Shown piece by piece: positions 63,903 to 64,000 of a stretch of 64,000 nt of DNA. Position 1 is the stretch's first letter. Each line of letters opens with the position of its first letter. The notes under the pieces are model-generated. The model saw only the letters and a program-made list of their open reading frames with translations, was not told the origin of the DNA and did no database searches. The stretch lies in contig NW_025963957.1 of assembly GCF_023055435.1 (NCBI RefSeq), forward strand, positions 3,658,001-3,722,000, written 5' to 3'. The translations under genes and the position numbers were made by a program. This DNA comes from Haliotis rufescens. Lineage: Eukaryota.

Positions 63903-64000
63903 TCCCTGTGGGGATTCCAGGTTAGAAATGGCTAGCAACATTTAAGCCAGTCTTACAAGGTAACTAAGAGGATCGGGTGTCTAGACTCAGTGACTGAGGG
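63903..64000 (+). mobile_element. Degenerate 5' part of a family B retroposon (runs off window)
   Basis: CCCTGTGGGGATTCCAGGTTAGAAATGG...AACTAAGAGGATCGGGTG...GACTCAGTGACT. Confidence 0.55.

Overview
Eukaryotic (animal) genomic DNA, most likely a mollusc. A gastropod such as abalone is inferred from the SINE families and (CACT)n tails, not proven. The whole window lies inside one + strand gene, cytochrome b5 reductase 4 (CYB5R4/NCB5OR). Five internal coding exons (133-233, 37463-37547, 52072-52122, 56411-56462, 63653-63804) join in frame with GT-AG borders. They encode the second half of the cytochrome b5 domain, a Ser/Pro-rich linker and the start of the CS domain. More than 99% of the window is intron, including one of about 37.2 kb. 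The introns hold roughly 20 unrelated tandem arrays (about a third of the window) and five short retroposon families, four of which share a 3' tail. They also hold several non-autonomous DNA transposons and decayed Tc1, hAT (CGGBP1-like) and LINE coding remnants. None of the listed long ORFs is a credible independent gene. No CRISPR array, rRNA or true tRNA gene was found. The most novel-looking item is a short retroposon family with a fixed, structured, non-tRNA 5' leader that also appears to have seeded a local satellite. No complete new multi-gene system is evident.
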